Shown piece by piece: positions 22,590 through 34,369 of a stretch of 64,000 bases of DNA (positions within the stretch are counted from its first letter, which is position 1; every line of letters starts with the position of its first letter). The translations under genes were made by a program, and so were the position numbers. This DNA is from an uncultured Nitrososphaerales archaeon (GTDB lineage: Archaea; Thermoproteota; Nitrososphaeria; Nitrososphaerales; Nitrososphaeraceae). The notes under the pieces were generated by a model. That model had not been told where the DNA came from. It saw only the letters and a program-made list of their open reading frames with translations, and did no database searches. Location: NCBI GenBank assembly GCA_963713605.1, contig CAVQMO010000003.1, positions 160,001-224,000 on the forward strand. The letters run 5' to 3'.

Positions 22590-24098
22590 TCAGTGATATT
22601 TATATTCAGAACAATCATCAACATATCTTCGTTTAACGATCATCTTCATTCCATATTTTGGTCGTAATGTGATTAGTGGGCTAAGTACCACAGGATGCTC
22701 GGGTAAGAGCTCTAATTTCCAATATCTTAATAATGTTACTAATAGCAGAATTCCCTCCATCCAAGCCAATGGTTCACCCATGCACACTCTAGATCCTCCT
22801 CCAAATGGAAAAAAAGCAAATTTGGGCAAATTAGATTTCATCTCGGAGCTCCAACGTTCAGGAACAAATTCGGTAGGGTCAGCAAAAAAGCGGGGATCAC
22901 GATGAGTTATGTATTGGCTCATAATCACAACTGAGCCTGGAGGTATTGTGTAATCACCTATCACTACACTATCAATAGCTTCCCTGCCTATTGCCCATGC
23001 CGGAGGATACAATCGCAACGATTCTGTAAAGACATTACGTAAATACTGAAATTTCGGTATGTCCTCCACAGCTGGACGCCTTTTATTCTCTAGCACCTGC
23101 TTTATCTCTTCGATGATTTTGTCTTCTACCTGAGGATTCTGAGAGATGAGATACAATGTCCATGTTAAAGCATTAGCTGTCGTTTCATGGCCTGCAAGGA
23201 ATAATGTCATGATTTCATCTCTAAGCTGTTGTGCAGTCATAGATGTAGTGGTTTTGTCAGATCCAATCGTCCCTCTTCTTGTATCGAGAAGGAGCAATGT
23301 GGAAAGAAGATCTCTTGGGCTATCTCTATCCTTTGCAGCAAGGCCATTTAAAGACCATTTGTCAATGTCATCATCTCTTGAATCCGATTGCATTAGTTTC
23401 TGTCTTGCTTCTTGTATATTTGCGAAAATTAATGAATCAAGGCGTTGCTTTGCAGCATGAAACTTCCTAGTGCTCGCAAGGGGCAGTTTTTCTATCATGT
23501 TACCTAAGTAGGGTAGTCTAAGATGATTGAAATATCCTACCAATATTGTTACATCATGAATAATCCCTGTAGCTATATTTGAATCAATGCTTGAACCAAA
23601 AAGTACATTACTGATTATAGATACCGTAAGCTTAGTCATTTCCTGATGAACATCGACCGTCATTTCTACATCTTTTGGTACTAGTGCTTTTCTCCACTTT
23701 TCGCACACGTCTTCTCCACAGGAGGTTATTAATTCGGCATACATCGAAATATGGCTATGATCGAAGGCTGGTTGTATCAGTCCCCGTTGTTGCTTGTGAT
23801 ACTCTCCTTCGCTGGTAAGCAACCCATTTCCAATTATACGCTTCGTTAGGCGAAGGCCCGGGTTTTTGATGAATTTGGATTGATTAATCATCAATACACT
23901 TTGAATGTAGTCGGGGTGGTTAACGAAATAGATACCTTGACGACCAAACTTAAAATACGAGATATCACCATATACTGTTGTTAGATCGTTTAAAACAGCT
24001 AGAGGGGCCTTTAGAAATTGTAAACCAAGTAGATAAGGAAATTTGAATTTGGGACCAGGCGGACGCTCAAATTGAAATCCAGGGGCTGTTGTTGTCAT
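22590..24098 (-). CDS. Cytochrome P450
   Basis: I-helix LAGHETTA, ExxR (ESLR), PERW and heme motif FGGGSRVCMG. Confidence 0.95.
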   Translation of the reverse strand: MTTTAPGFQFERPPGPKFKFPYLLGLQFLKAPLAVLNDLTTVYGDISYFKFGRQGIYFVNHPDYIQSVLMINQSKFIKNPGLRLTKRIIGNGLLTSEGEYHKQQRGLIQPAFDHSHISMYAELITSCGEDVCEKWRKALVPKDVEMTVDVHQEMTKLTVSIISNVLFGSSIDSNIATGIIHDVTILVGYFNHLRLPYLGNMIEKLPLASTRKFHAAKQRLDSLIFANIQEARQKLMQSDSRDDDIDKWSLNGLAAKDRDSPRDLLSTLLLLDTRRGTIGSDKTTTSMTAQQLRDEIMTLFLAGHETTANALTWTLYLISQNPQVEDKIIEEIKQVLENKRRPAVEDIPKFQYLRNVFTESLRLYPPAWAIGREAIDSVVIGDYTIPPGSVVIMSQYITHRDPRFFADPTEFVPERWSSEMKSNLPKFAFFPFGGGSRVCMGEPLAWMEGILLLVTLLRYWKLELLPEHPVVLSPLITLRPKYGMKMIVKRRYVDDCSEYKYH

Positions 24099-24583
24099 TA
24101 GCCATTCTACGTATGTGCTATCATAGGTATATGTATATAAACCAAATCATGTATATCCTTCATTACGTCAGAATAGAGAGTTTATCCAGTACCTTCATAG
24201 GCATATATTCTTGAAATTCTGTGGATAGAGTCTGTTTAATATGAAACCTAAAAAAACTGACTATAAATACATTATTAAAAGTAATATAAATAGTAACAGA
24301 AAAAATAATGCTGATGACAGCGTTACTGTGGATCAGGAAATCATAAGTAGAAATGACCTATAAGGGACTGATGGAATTCGTAACGGGCAGTCAGTCACCA
24401 ACATTACTTCGCATTGAATTCCTGACATTGTACAATTATGTGACATAGATTGTGCTACACTACGTAAGCATGTGGCGGATGGCAAAAATCGATATTGAAT
24501 CAGGCTGGCAATGTAGTTAATATTAATATATAACCATTGTATCGGAAGTTGGCGCTGTACTTTCAGTAAGGAATAATATATGT

Positions 24584-24697
24584 ATGGCAAGCACTGGACT
24601 TGATACGTTTGATAAAATAATTCATAAAACGAATACACTTTTGAGGCGTATAGAAATAGAGCTGGGTTGGAAGAAGGACCGAAATCTATCGCACTAG
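24584..24697 (+). pseudogene. DUF2267-like N-terminal fragment
   Basis: MASTGLDTFDKIIHKTNTLLRRIEIELGWKKDR resembles the DUF2267 N-terminus and stops after 37 aa. Confidence 0.55.
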
Positions 24698-24809
24698 ATC
24701 TACCATTAATTCTGAAACAATTGGAACGAAAGGAGGCGAGTATATGAAAGTAATACTGAACAAACGGGCATTTGAGCATGCGAAACAACTAGTAGAAAAA
24801 GGAAGCTAT

Positions 24810-25168
24810 ATTCCAGGAGGTTTTGTGAACATAGGAGAAACGATCGAGGATGCGGCAAGATCTGAAGTTAAAGAGGAAGTAGTTTGGATACAGAGCTGAC
24901 TGATATTTTAGGTGTCTATTCTCATCCTAAAAGGGATCCAAGATGACGTATGATATCAACTGTATTCATAGGACAGGTTCCATCTGATGAGAACGCGAAA
25001 AATAAGGCGATAGATCAAGATGATGCGTTAGGATTAGAGTGGATAGACTTACACATGGCCAGTAACAAAAGCCTTGCCTTCGATCACAGAAATATACTCT
25101 CACATTATAAAAAATGGAGGTTGAGGGGACTTTTTGGTCATCAAAGAAATAAAATACAAATGAGCTGA
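24810..25168 (+). pseudogene. Nudix hydrolase remnant
   Basis: IPGGFVNIGETIEDAARSEVKEE (Nudix box), LGVYSHPKRDPR* and SLAFDHRNIL, with frameshifts and stops and no N-terminus. Confidence 0.8.
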
Positions 25169-25446
25169 CCCTCATTTACAGATATATATTAATTTTGACG
25201 ACTTTATCATTGATTTGGACTCAGAACTAAGTGGAAGAGATAAGGAATTCTAAACCTTATTACAACTGCGGTCTTTCCTAGACTATTTACTCATATTATA
25301 TACTACTCTCATAGAATAGACTCGTAACGATCGACAATAAGATCCCTCTAGTTTGAAGATCATATTAGCGTCCCATCACAAGTGATACTCTTTGATAAAG
25401 CAACAAGAATCCATAATCATTTCAATACACAATTATATACTTATAT

Positions 25447-26838
25447 ATGGCAGTTCTTTTTGCATTAGTATTGCATCTTTTACGTCGGCTATCGGCAGTT
25501 CGGACACAGTTTCTCATAGTGGTACTTCTATTCTTTATACCTTTTATTTATGGCGGTACCCAGGAAAGCATCCAGGGAGTAGATGACAATTCACTTAAAT
25601 CTAAGAAGCAAAATATCACGCTCACCGCCCTACTTGAAGATCAGGGCGACCCAACAAGGTGGAAATCGTTAATTGAGCCAGCGATGCAGAAGCTCATGGA
25701 ACGGCATCCCGATTTAGATATCGAAATTAACTACACAACATCCCCGTATAACGTGACTAGACTCAATATATTGTCTGCTCTTGAAGCCAATGCTCCTGTC
25801 GACCTTATTACCATCGACCAAATTTGGTTGGGGGAATTCGCAGGAAAAGGATTGCTCTCCGATCTCTCCAATTTCACTGAAACTTGGGGTCGTCAATCGG
25901 ATTGGTATCAAGCAAACTGGGACGGCGGAGTATACCAAGATAAGGTTTACGGTATGTGGGCGTGGACTGACGTACGAGGTATCTGGTACTGGAAGGACAT
26001 GCTAAAGGAATCCGGAGTTGACCCGCGATCTCTAATGACGTGGGAAGGCTATATTGATGCTGCAAGGAAGTTGAATTCAGTCCTTAGACCTCATGGTATC
26101 GAAGGTGTTCACTTAACTGGAGCAGGTCACTCTCCTGATCTATGGTACCCTTATCTTTGGATGTTAGGAGGTGAAATCGTATCCATTAAGCAAGGGCATC
26201 CTACTAAGGGGTCCTACTGGTATCCATCGTTTAATGGCACCGAAGGTGTGCGAGCTCTCAATTTCATAGAGGAACAGATAGATGCAGGAATATTGCCTCA
26301 GAAAGATCATTTTTGGGGGGAAGAGTTCCTCGACAGGAAATTCGCAGTAATGATAGAAGCCTTACAGCATCACGTACCGATAACTACCCCTCTGAACCGA
26401 ACTCACTTTGAACAAAATGTGGGGTTCATTCCCATGTTCCCGGTTCCGGACGAAAGCACTCAAACATCCACGTTAATGGGAGGATGGGAGTTTGGGGTAC
26501 CTGTGACGTCTGCTCATAAGGACCTGACATGGGAACTGATAACCATCATGCTAGAACCACAAATACTTGGACCATATTTGACAAAACATGCAAACATGCC
26601 TACCCAGATCCCTATCGGTGAGGGTCAATATTCCTTGGAACCTAGGAAAGTCGTACCTTATTATGATCAATTGGTGTCCATGATACCTAACGGAGGTACC
26701 AGGCCAAGCATTCCAGAATACCCCCAAATGGCTGAGTTCATCAAAGAAGCATTAGACGCAGTTTACTACGGCACTGTGAGTCCGAAGGAAGCTTTGGATG
26801 ATGCTGCAGAAAAATCAGCCAAGGCATTAGGCTGGTAG
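25447..26838 (+). CDS. Extracellular solute-binding protein (carbohydrate ABC, SBP_bac_1 type)
   Basis: N-terminal TM/signal, VDLITIDQIWLGEFA, GIWYWKDMLKE, TWEG, LMGGWEFGV and SPKEALDDAA. Confidence 0.88.
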   Translation: MAVLFALVLHLLRRLSAVRTQFLIVVLLFFIPFIYGGTQESIQGVDDNSLKSKKQNITLTALLEDQGDPTRWKSLIEPAMQKLMERHPDLDIEINYTTSPYNVTRLNILSALEANAPVDLITIDQIWLGEFAGKGLLSDLSNFTETWGRQSDWYQANWDGGVYQDKVYGMWAWTDVRGIWYWKDMLKESGVDPRSLMTWEGYIDAARKLNSVLRPHGIEGVHLTGAGHSPDLWYPYLWMLGGEIVSIKQGHPTKGSYWYPSFNGTEGVRALNFIEEQIDAGILPQKDHFWGEEFLDRKFAVMIEALQHHVPITTPLNRTHFEQNVGFIPMFPVPDESTQTSTLMGGWEFGVPVTSAHKDLTWELITIMLEPQILGPYLTKHANMPTQIPIGEGQYSLEPRKVVPYYDQLVSMIPNGGTRPSIPEYPQMAEFIKEALDAVYYGTVSPKEALDDAAEKSAKALGW

Positions 26839-27095
26839 GGATTACGCTTCAATTTTATCTTACAGGTACTGAATTGATTACTGGGATTGTTATGATATTA
26901 TCTGATATAAACATGCAAAGTTCGTGACAAGATTACTGCGTTTATTTTCTATGAGTTTACTCATGCGCAGCCACTCTGATAGATCTAAGTTATTTAGTAC
27001 ATTTAAGAATTTAATTCGATAGTGGTGATCAATTATTCTACTTTAATAAATCGAAATCTTCCGTAACCTGTATAAATATATCATAAGATGACTAT

Positions 27096-28341
27096 ATGAA
27101 TATTAAAAAACCAAAAATGACTTCGACTATTGTAATACTGGCGGCAGCGGCTTTTGCATTATCCATCACATTCAGTCAGTCAGTCAGTGCCACAATAACT
27201 GACTTGCCCTCCTCTTCTGATACAAGTGAGTCTTCATCTTCACCAAATGCTACTCCGAAGTGTGTTACCTTTAATTCTGAGGAGAGAATGATTGCAATCA
27301 ATTGCAAGACTACTAGTTTAACACAGATTGATAGCCAACTTAAAAATCCAGACGTAATACATAAAGACAACGCTTCAGATAAAGGGTGGATATTAAATGT
27401 AGGAATAACCGTAGCAGAAGGCGCAACTCTTTACATTAATTCTAGCGATACTTCATGGCTCAAAATATTAGCAGATGAAGAAACCGCATATCCAATACAC
27501 GTTTCTGGCGGCTTAAAGATTGATTCCGTAAAGATAACTTCATGGAATCCCAATACAAATAACTACACATCAAGTTTAGACTCCCAAAGAGATGGAGAGG
27601 ATGTCCAGATCGGTACTCCAAGACCCTACATTATAGTTGATGATGATGCAACGGGGACAACTGATATTACAAATTCAGAACTGGCCTTCCTTGGATATGA
27701 ATCAGGATACGGGGGAGGTCTGTACCGGACTTAGATACGAAGGCGGTGATGGCAGTCTGGTAAAAGGAAACGATATTCATGATTTGTACTTTGGTTTCTA
27801 CTCTAAGGGCGTTGGTGGTATTAAAATAGAGAACAACTATGTGCATGATAATATTCATTACGGACTAGATCCACATACTGGAACTCATGACATGCTTATT
27901 AAGAATAATTCGGTACATGACAATGGTGGTATCGGAATCATTTGTTCATTAGACTGCAACAACATAACTATAGAAAATAATGTGGTATACAACAATACCA
28001 AGATGGGTATAATGTTTAGCCGAAATATGACCGATTCCGTTGCCAGAAATAATACTGTTAGCAACGAAGACCGAGGAATTGTTATTTCTGAATCTAGAAA
28101 CAATAAGATTTACAATAACACCGTTTCAGATAGTGAAAGTGGTATTGATTTGGATGAGGATTCTTTCAGTAACAACATTCATGACAATATCATTATGGAT
28201 ATAGCCGATCCAGAAGACGCGTTGGGTGTGGAGGAAGGTGCTGGAGAACATAACGCCCTGTTTTCAAATGTTCTTCTAGATTCGAGCAATGGATTGAAGA
28301 TAGATCTAGATCAAACCCCATTAAATATCACTAGTGATTAG
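27096..28341 (+). CDS. Secreted right-handed parallel beta-helix (NosD/AlgG-like) protein, +1 frameshift near 27720
   Basis: Signal peptide, PRPYI...ITNSELAFLGY, YGLDPHTGTHD and repeated IENNxVxNN / GI rungs. ORFs 27096..27734 and 27637..28341. Confidence 0.85.
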
Positions 28342-28448
28342 CAAGAATAATTCCACCCGTTGATTACACATTCAATCAGTGAGTAGATAACTTAGTTAGT
28401 CTATAGTTATATACGTACTCTGCCTCTTAATTAAGATGATGAATAGGT

Positions 28449-28709
28449 TTGAGAAACATCAATCTCGATTCACAGTATCAGCGACGGTTACAATCTTCAA
28501 ACGCCAGAATTAGTTTTACACAATTATCGATTCATGAAGTACTTGATGCACCGCTAATAACAAAGAGGCAGAGCTTAATCCAGACTCAAATAGCCTTTTT
28601 GTTATGTAAATCCTGTTACTGGTGTTTGTCATTGTTGGATTTACATGTTCAGATTGAACTCTGTCCTGTCTGTAAGGGCGCAAACCTCGTACGAATGCCA
28701 ATTTTCTGA
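28449..28709 (+). CDS. Small zinc-ribbon protein
   Basis: FLLCKSCYWC...CPVCKGANLVRMPI. Confidence 0.65.
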   Translation: MRNINLDSQYQRRLQSSNARISFTQLSIHEVLDAPLITKRQSLIQTQIAFLLCKSCYWCLSLLDLHVQIELCPVCKGANLVRMPIF

Positions 28710-29147
28710 AACCGTACGTTTCCCTCTAATGACAGCTAACGACCCTCAGAATTAAAAAGTATGGTTGGAAGAATCAAATACAAGAGTGACTTGATGAATC
28801 TTATAGTCATTGTCAGGAATGGATGCAGATGCTCTGCTGCCTCAAAGTTTACGTAGAACTAGGCAAAAACCTCAGAGGATTCTTTTTCTAATCCCCTTCC
28901 ACATCCAATCTTTTACTGAAGAATTATAGAACAAGCTTCCGCTGAGATAATAAAATTAAGGAAAACTAAACTGAAACCAGTTTACTCAGACACAGCAACT
29001 GCCTTTTCCACGAGCAGGGTAATATTATCCGAGCCATATACCTGTTGTCCGCTTTCCTTCTTCATAGAGCCGCAACTAAATCCACAAAGGATGCGTGCCT
29101 TAAGTCAAATGCTTATACAGGATTTTCTGAAACAGGTCATGACATGG

Positions 29148-29393
29148 TCATTTAATATGCAACATCTTTCTCAAGCGAGATGACTTCTTTGGAGAAGTAT
29201 TATTGTTGTTGTCACCGTAAGGATTGGCATTGGGTTTAATTATTTCATATGATCCATCAATATATTTTGTTACGATTATTTCACAATAACCGCATTCGTA
29301 TCTTTTAGTTGGGGGATCATGAAGGATAGATCCATTCTTCCAAACCATTAGAGCACCACAGTTAGGACAATACATAGTCATGAGATGTACCAC
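29148..29393 (-). CDS. Small zinc-ribbon protein
   Basis: MYCPNCGALM...YECGYC. Confidence 0.65.
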   Translation of the reverse strand: MVHLMTMYCPNCGALMVWKNGSILHDPPTKRYECGYCEIIVTKYIDGSYEIIKPNANPYGDNNNNTSPKKSSRLRKMLHIK

Positions 29394-29614
29394 AATGGCA
29401 TATTCTCCTTATTAAGTACTCCATTAACAGTCCGTTGTAAAGTGTGCATTCAGATTTAATGAGAATTCAAAATAAAATTCTGAGAGTGAGACATTCCCTT
29501 CAATTATACGCCACCTAATTCATTACAAAATTACTCCGATGCTTCTCTTTTTTTCTGACCGTCTTCGGTGGTGTTGTGGCTAGTTGGAGTGTCGTCTTGA
29601 TTGTCGAATGCCTG

Positions 29615-29902
29615 CTATGGGGTAAGAAGACCAATCTGAGATAACAAAGATACATGGTCCCAATAAATGGGCTCATGGAGTATTTTGCTACCTTTAAATT
29701 TCACCACAACGACGTGAGGTATTTCAACATACCTGCCAGTTGGAAGTACACCAGGTAACATTAAATCATTTTTTAGATCGTGAGTAAATTTTGAAATAAG
29801 TTCATCTACAACTTGATCTTTGCCTACTGACCGTGAAATACGTTCAAGTTTGGTATCTTTTGGCATTTTGCCAATAAGGTGCTTTTTGTAAAAATTATAC
29901 AC
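29615..29902 (-). pseudogene. SnoaL-like/ester cyclase family protein, N-terminally truncated
   Basis: ISRSVGKDQVVDELISKFTHD...MLPGVLPTGRYVEIPHVVVVKF...HEPIYWDHVSLLSQIGLL. The N-terminal third is missing. Confidence 0.75.
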
Positions 29903-30430
29903 CTGACGAGATACAAAAAATACACTTAAAACAAAGGGAAAGTATAATATGGATATTGAAAAAAGAAGTGCTTAAATTTATCTTGGCCATTTCTGGATTT
30001 TTCGCTCTATTTGGGATAGGGTACTTTCTAAATCAATATTTTCGCTTTGGGTCTTGATAACCCCAAAAAGCAGAACCAATTATTTTGACTCTACGCCTGT
30101 TTTCGTTCCTATTCACTTGATTCAGTGAGCTAACACCACCCCATTAAACGGACTTGCCTTCATCTCATCGGATGGCAATTGTTCAAGCCTATGATTGATG
30201 AACGAATTAATGAATGTACAACCTTCAATCACTTTTGCGTATCCATTGGATAAGCCGTAACTGGGTGTGAATGCATGAATGAACTCGACAACCGGTAGAT
30301 ATCCGGAGTAAATTCTTGAAAGAATATTCGTAAGGTACCAGGCCGGATGAATCTTGCATGGCCTCTCCTATCTTCCGATCCCAGACGCTTGATTAACTTA
30401 CCAGCTTTCAAGAAATCCTTCGTTTGCTGT

Positions 30431-31093
30431 TCATTTAAGGGCCATTGCTCTTGCTCTTGATCTTGCTCTCCTTCTTTTTAAGAAAGTTATTATAATGATA
30501 GCAACACCCACTACGAATGGTACAAATACAATAGCCATAGCATTAGCAACTGTTCCCATAATGCTGCCGAATATCCTTTCAATAACACTGCCATGGATAA
30601 CCGCCAAAACAATCTCTTGCCCCGGCTCCTTCTGCTGACCTTGAACAGCAGGATATGATGCTGATAGCTCGTATATTCCAGGTTCATCTATATCGAAATC
30701 AAAAAGTCCAATTCCTGACCGACTTCCTATGCTATAACTGCTATTTGTAGATGCACTAGAAAGTGGGATTTCATCCCCCGTGCCTCTTGATACGATATTG
30801 ACTATAATACCTGGTATATTCTCACCAGTAGAATATATCCTATTTCCTACATTAGATCGGTATTCATAGAATATCGTATATTTTCCAGTTTGCTGAAGTG
30901 TAATATTACTAGAGCCCGGCACTACTACCTGTGTTGATTGTATATCTGCTGCCATATTACCTAGGTTCGAAAATACAGACGAGAATAAGATTATACTAGA
31001 TACTACGGGTCCTACTATGAGGATAACAATACCTATTACATAAAACCATCTGCTTGGCTTTAACTTTTCCGGGGAATTGCTCGTCTTCAGCAA
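30431..31093 (-). CDS. Hypothetical membrane protein (two TM helices flanking an extracellular beta domain)
   Basis: N- and C-terminal hydrophobic helices and a basic tail. Confidence 0.75.
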   Translation of the reverse strand: MLKTSNSPEKLKPSRWFYVIGIVILIVGPVVSSIILFSSVFSNLGNMAADIQSTQVVVPGSSNITLQQTGKYTIFYEYRSNVGNRIYSTGENIPGIIVNIVSRGTGDEIPLSSASTNSSYSIGSRSGIGLFDFDIDEPGIYELSASYPAVQGQQKEPGQEIVLAVIHGSVIERIFGSIMGTVANAMAIVFVPFVVGVAIIIITFLKRRRARSRARAMALK

Positions 31094-31842
31094 TTCTAAT
31101 TCATAACTCTAGTATATCTCTTTTATGCAAATTTGATCGAAAAGCATAAAGATATGATATTCTAGATGATGCATAAAACGAGTTCACATATGCATAAAAG
31201 TCTACCTTCGAAAATTGTTAAAGATTCAAACGATCTAACTGCTACTACGTTAAAGAGGGAAAACATTAAGGTAAAAAATAATAGCAATAATGGTAATATT
31301 ACCACCGAGGATGCCAACAAAGCAATTCGACTTGATTTGCCAGGGAGGGTTGCGGTGTTAGATATTGCAAGAGAAAATCGATTAGCCAAGGAAATTGTTT
31401 CCTAAGGGGTTCTCACATCTTAGATAAGAATAGAATTCATTACAGAACAAATGAGTGCCGGAACATCAAACACATTCTTCAAATAGGTAAATCACTATAT
31501 CCTAAGTGGAAACAAGACCGGTGAACGAGTGTCAAGTGCTTGGCTCTATGAATTCAAAGAAATAAGTTACACAATGCTACCTGAATAAAGCCAAAGATTT
31601 TTGCGAGTAATATTTTGAAAGAGATGGAGGTTAGTGACAATAATGATTTCAGTTTTCTGTTGTAAACGAATTAAGACTATCGCATATCTTATCGTATTGT
31701 CAGATAATAGATTTGTAGCACCTCCTATGTGGCCCAATTTATTATTTAGGGTCAGGACCAGCACACTCTCCCTCTACTTGATGTATTTCATACATTATAT
31801 TCCAAATCATTTCCCAATTTTGCATGGGACGAAATTATCTAA

Positions 31843-32292
31843 ATGGATCGTGAAGCAGTAGCGAAGGTTGAATCTGGAGCCTATGAAGAATACAAAGAAT
31901 TCAATGGAAGAAAATACACTGGTATGAGAGTGGGAGGAAGTCACAAATGGTATTATGACAAAGGCACCTGGAGCGAGAAAAAGATCACACCAGATAAATG
32001 GGAATTCACTTATTCTGTCAACAAAAAAAGAGCTTGGGATGCCCCACAAGGATCAGGCGTTCCTGTCGGAACAGAATATCATTGGTATATTCTTGCTCAT
32101 CAAAATGTCCGAAAACTGGATGCAAACAATTATGCAACTTCAATGACGGGAATCAAATACAAATTGGCGCATAAACGCGCTGGTAGTTTGAGTTGGAATA
32201 CAAGTGACAATCAACAAAGAAAGCAATTAATACAAATATTGGAGGAATTAATCATTCAAGTGAAGAGCGAGATGCTCGAAGATGCTAAATAG
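31843..32292 (+). CDS. Conserved hypothetical protein (Trp/Tyr/Lys-rich, beta-rich)
   Basis: YTGMRVGGSHKWYYDKGTW...GSGVPVGTEYHWYILAHQNVRKL, recognised as a family of unknown function. Confidence 0.8.
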   Translation: MDREAVAKVESGAYEEYKEFNGRKYTGMRVGGSHKWYYDKGTWSEKKITPDKWEFTYSVNKKRAWDAPQGSGVPVGTEYHWYILAHQNVRKLDANNYATSMTGIKYKLAHKRAGSLSWNTSDNQQRKQLIQILEELIIQVKSEMLEDAK

Positions 32293-32338
32293 ATTCTAAT
32301 GAAAACAACTGTACGTGTCCCTCTCACTTCATCGATCT

Positions 32339-32782
32339 TTATTGTCCCTCTTTTCTTTTGTCTTCAACATGATTATTACCGTAATCCAATTTTGCATCAA
32401 CTCGCTTCTGCAATTCATTATATCGCTCATACTTCTTACTCCACTTTGAAAGCACGAACCACTGTCTTATTCCTATCCCTAGCCATATAAGAGATACTAG
32501 AATTGGAACAATTCGAGCTAATGCAATTTGAGGAGGAATATGCATGGCATCATCAAAACCTTCAGAGAACTCTCTATCCTCATCAAAGTGGAAAGGTGGT
32601 CCAAATAATGCGAATGTTAGTGCAAATGCTATTGGTGGAATGATCATGATGGTCAGAATCATTATGATAAACATTTTCTTTGTCTTGTTTAACTGAGTGA
32701 TTATTCCATCCATTATCTGAAAGATGTTCTCTCTCGAAATATCCCCTTTGTCAACCTTATCTGCTCCAGTGGGGTCAGTCAT
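32339..32782 (-). CDS. Hypothetical two-TM membrane protein
   Basis: Two hydrophobic helices; WLGIGIRQW...W. Confidence 0.75.
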   Translation of the reverse strand: MTDPTGADKVDKGDISRENIFQIMDGIITQLNKTKKMFIIMILTIMIIPPIAFALTFALFGPPFHFDEDREFSEGFDDAMHIPPQIALARIVPILVSLIWLGIGIRQWFVLSKWSKKYERYNELQKRVDAKLDYGNNHVEDKRKEGQ

Positions 32783-32875
32783 ATCGAATATTATCCCTGT
32801 CGTAATATAAGAAATGCAGTAACTTTGTTACGTTATGCCTACCTAATTCGTCAGACATCGTCTTACCGTAAACTA

Positions 32876-33169
32876 TCATCTGTCAGTCTCACTCCTTGGA
32901 AAAAACTCTTCATATGGTTCTAGAATCTCTCTGAGTATCTGCCTTCCTTTTTCTGAAGCCCTGTATTTTATTATTGTTTTATTTCCCCATGGTTCTTCTG
33001 TCCTTAATATTATTTCCTTTTTGACCATCTCTTCAATTATTTCCCTATGTTTAACATTATTTAAGCCACAATAGCTCATGAGTTTGCTTTGATTGAGCTC
33101 ACCATATTCGTAAAGTTTCAATAGAACATCTTTCCTTATGTAGATCCTATCTCTATATTCGTGGACCAA
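32876..33169 (-). CDS. Winged helix-turn-helix transcriptional regulator
   Basis: YRDRIYIRKDVL...LNQSKLMSYCGLN...YRASEKGRQIL, an archaeal wHTH pattern. Confidence 0.8.
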   Translation of the reverse strand: MVHEYRDRIYIRKDVLLKLYEYGELNQSKLMSYCGLNNVKHREIIEEMVKKEIILRTEEPWGNKTIIKYRASEKGRQILREILEPYEEFFPRSETDR

Positions 33170-33416
33170 GATGACTCAAATGCAGTGGTGTTCATTACGA
33201 ATGATATGATTTTAGATACCATAAACTAGATCAGACATGAGTTGTGAAAATAGTGCATATGGAAATAAGGACAAGTTTGATTCAGCTCGGAGGATAATCT
33301 TTTATTGTATGGTGCTGCACATATAACATTTTCTGCTACTGCCTAATATGATGTTGGTTATGTCGGACAACTGGTAATCGAACAATCAGTGAGTCTGTTC
33401 AATGAGCTATGATTTA

Positions 33417-33965
33417 CTACACTGTTGTTGTTTTGACAAACACTAGAATTCTGCCATTGATCTTGTTCCGAAACTTCAACGCCGAAGTAGACTTGGTTAA
33501 CAAGGCATTAACTTCTTCGTCCCCAAGTTTATGATCAATCACGGTGAGAATGCCGTCTGATTTAAGTACTCTGTCCAGTTCTCTTATGATTTTAGATGGG
33601 TTATGGAAATCATGAAGCACATAGAATAGCAAGATTATATCGATGCTTGAATCTGGCAAATCTGTCTTATCCGCAGTTAGAATAGTTTTGATGTTTTTGA
33701 ATCCTCTCTTCGATGCAGATTTCCGTACGTGTTCTAATGCAAGTGGATGTATATCTGCTGCAAACACCGTTCCATCTATGCATACTATTTCTGCAGCAGC
33801 TAACGTGAAGCTACCTGGTCCACACCCATAGTCTAGAATTGATATACCATTTTTAATACCTTCTATCTTGTTCAGGATCTTCCTTGGTCTAAGGAATGCA
33901 TCCCGAAATTTCAATATAAGTTGCATAGATTTGAAACTGAGTGTGCTCATGGGCCTGTCAGACAA
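33417..33965 (-). CDS. Class I SAM-dependent methyltransferase
   Basis: ILDYGCGPG, AADIHP, LPDSSIDII...VLHD and RVLKSDG. Confidence 0.9.
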   Translation of the reverse strand: MSDRPMSTLSFKSMQLILKFRDAFLRPRKILNKIEGIKNGISILDYGCGPGSFTLAAAEIVCIDGTVFAADIHPLALEHVRKSASKRGFKNIKTILTADKTDLPDSSIDIILLFYVLHDFHNPSKIIRELDRVLKSDGILTVIDHKLGDEEVNALLTKSTSALKFRNKINGRILVFVKTTTV

Positions 33966-34369
33966 TTAATTGAAATCTCTCCCTCTGTTTATCTACATGT
34001 ACAGATAGAAGATCAGCATGCAAATCAACCCTTTTTCTACCCTCAAACTTCTTTACATTGATCTGACTGCAATAATTTCGGTGTCGATAATATCCAATCC
34101 ACCGTCTTCAAAGCATTATCCAGTTGAAAGGACTTCATGGCACTCATCATTATGTTTTAAAATATGTTGACAAAATATCCCTTCCATCTCCGAGATCAGC
34201 TCATGAATCTTATTAGTAATTTGAAGCTGAACAGGGACCCATTGTGTCAGCATCAATGTCCTGCTCCGCTTCCATTCTGTCTAAATTTGCTCATGAAGTA
34301 ATATAGTCACAACAACAATTTAAAAACATGTAAGGGAGTGAAAGTATAGTGAATTTATTCTGTGATCTT

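Noticed and set aside
24333..24788. 151-aa minus-strand ORF
   Set aside because: No recognisable motif, and it overlaps plus-strand DUF2267-like remnant sequence; likely a shadow ORF.
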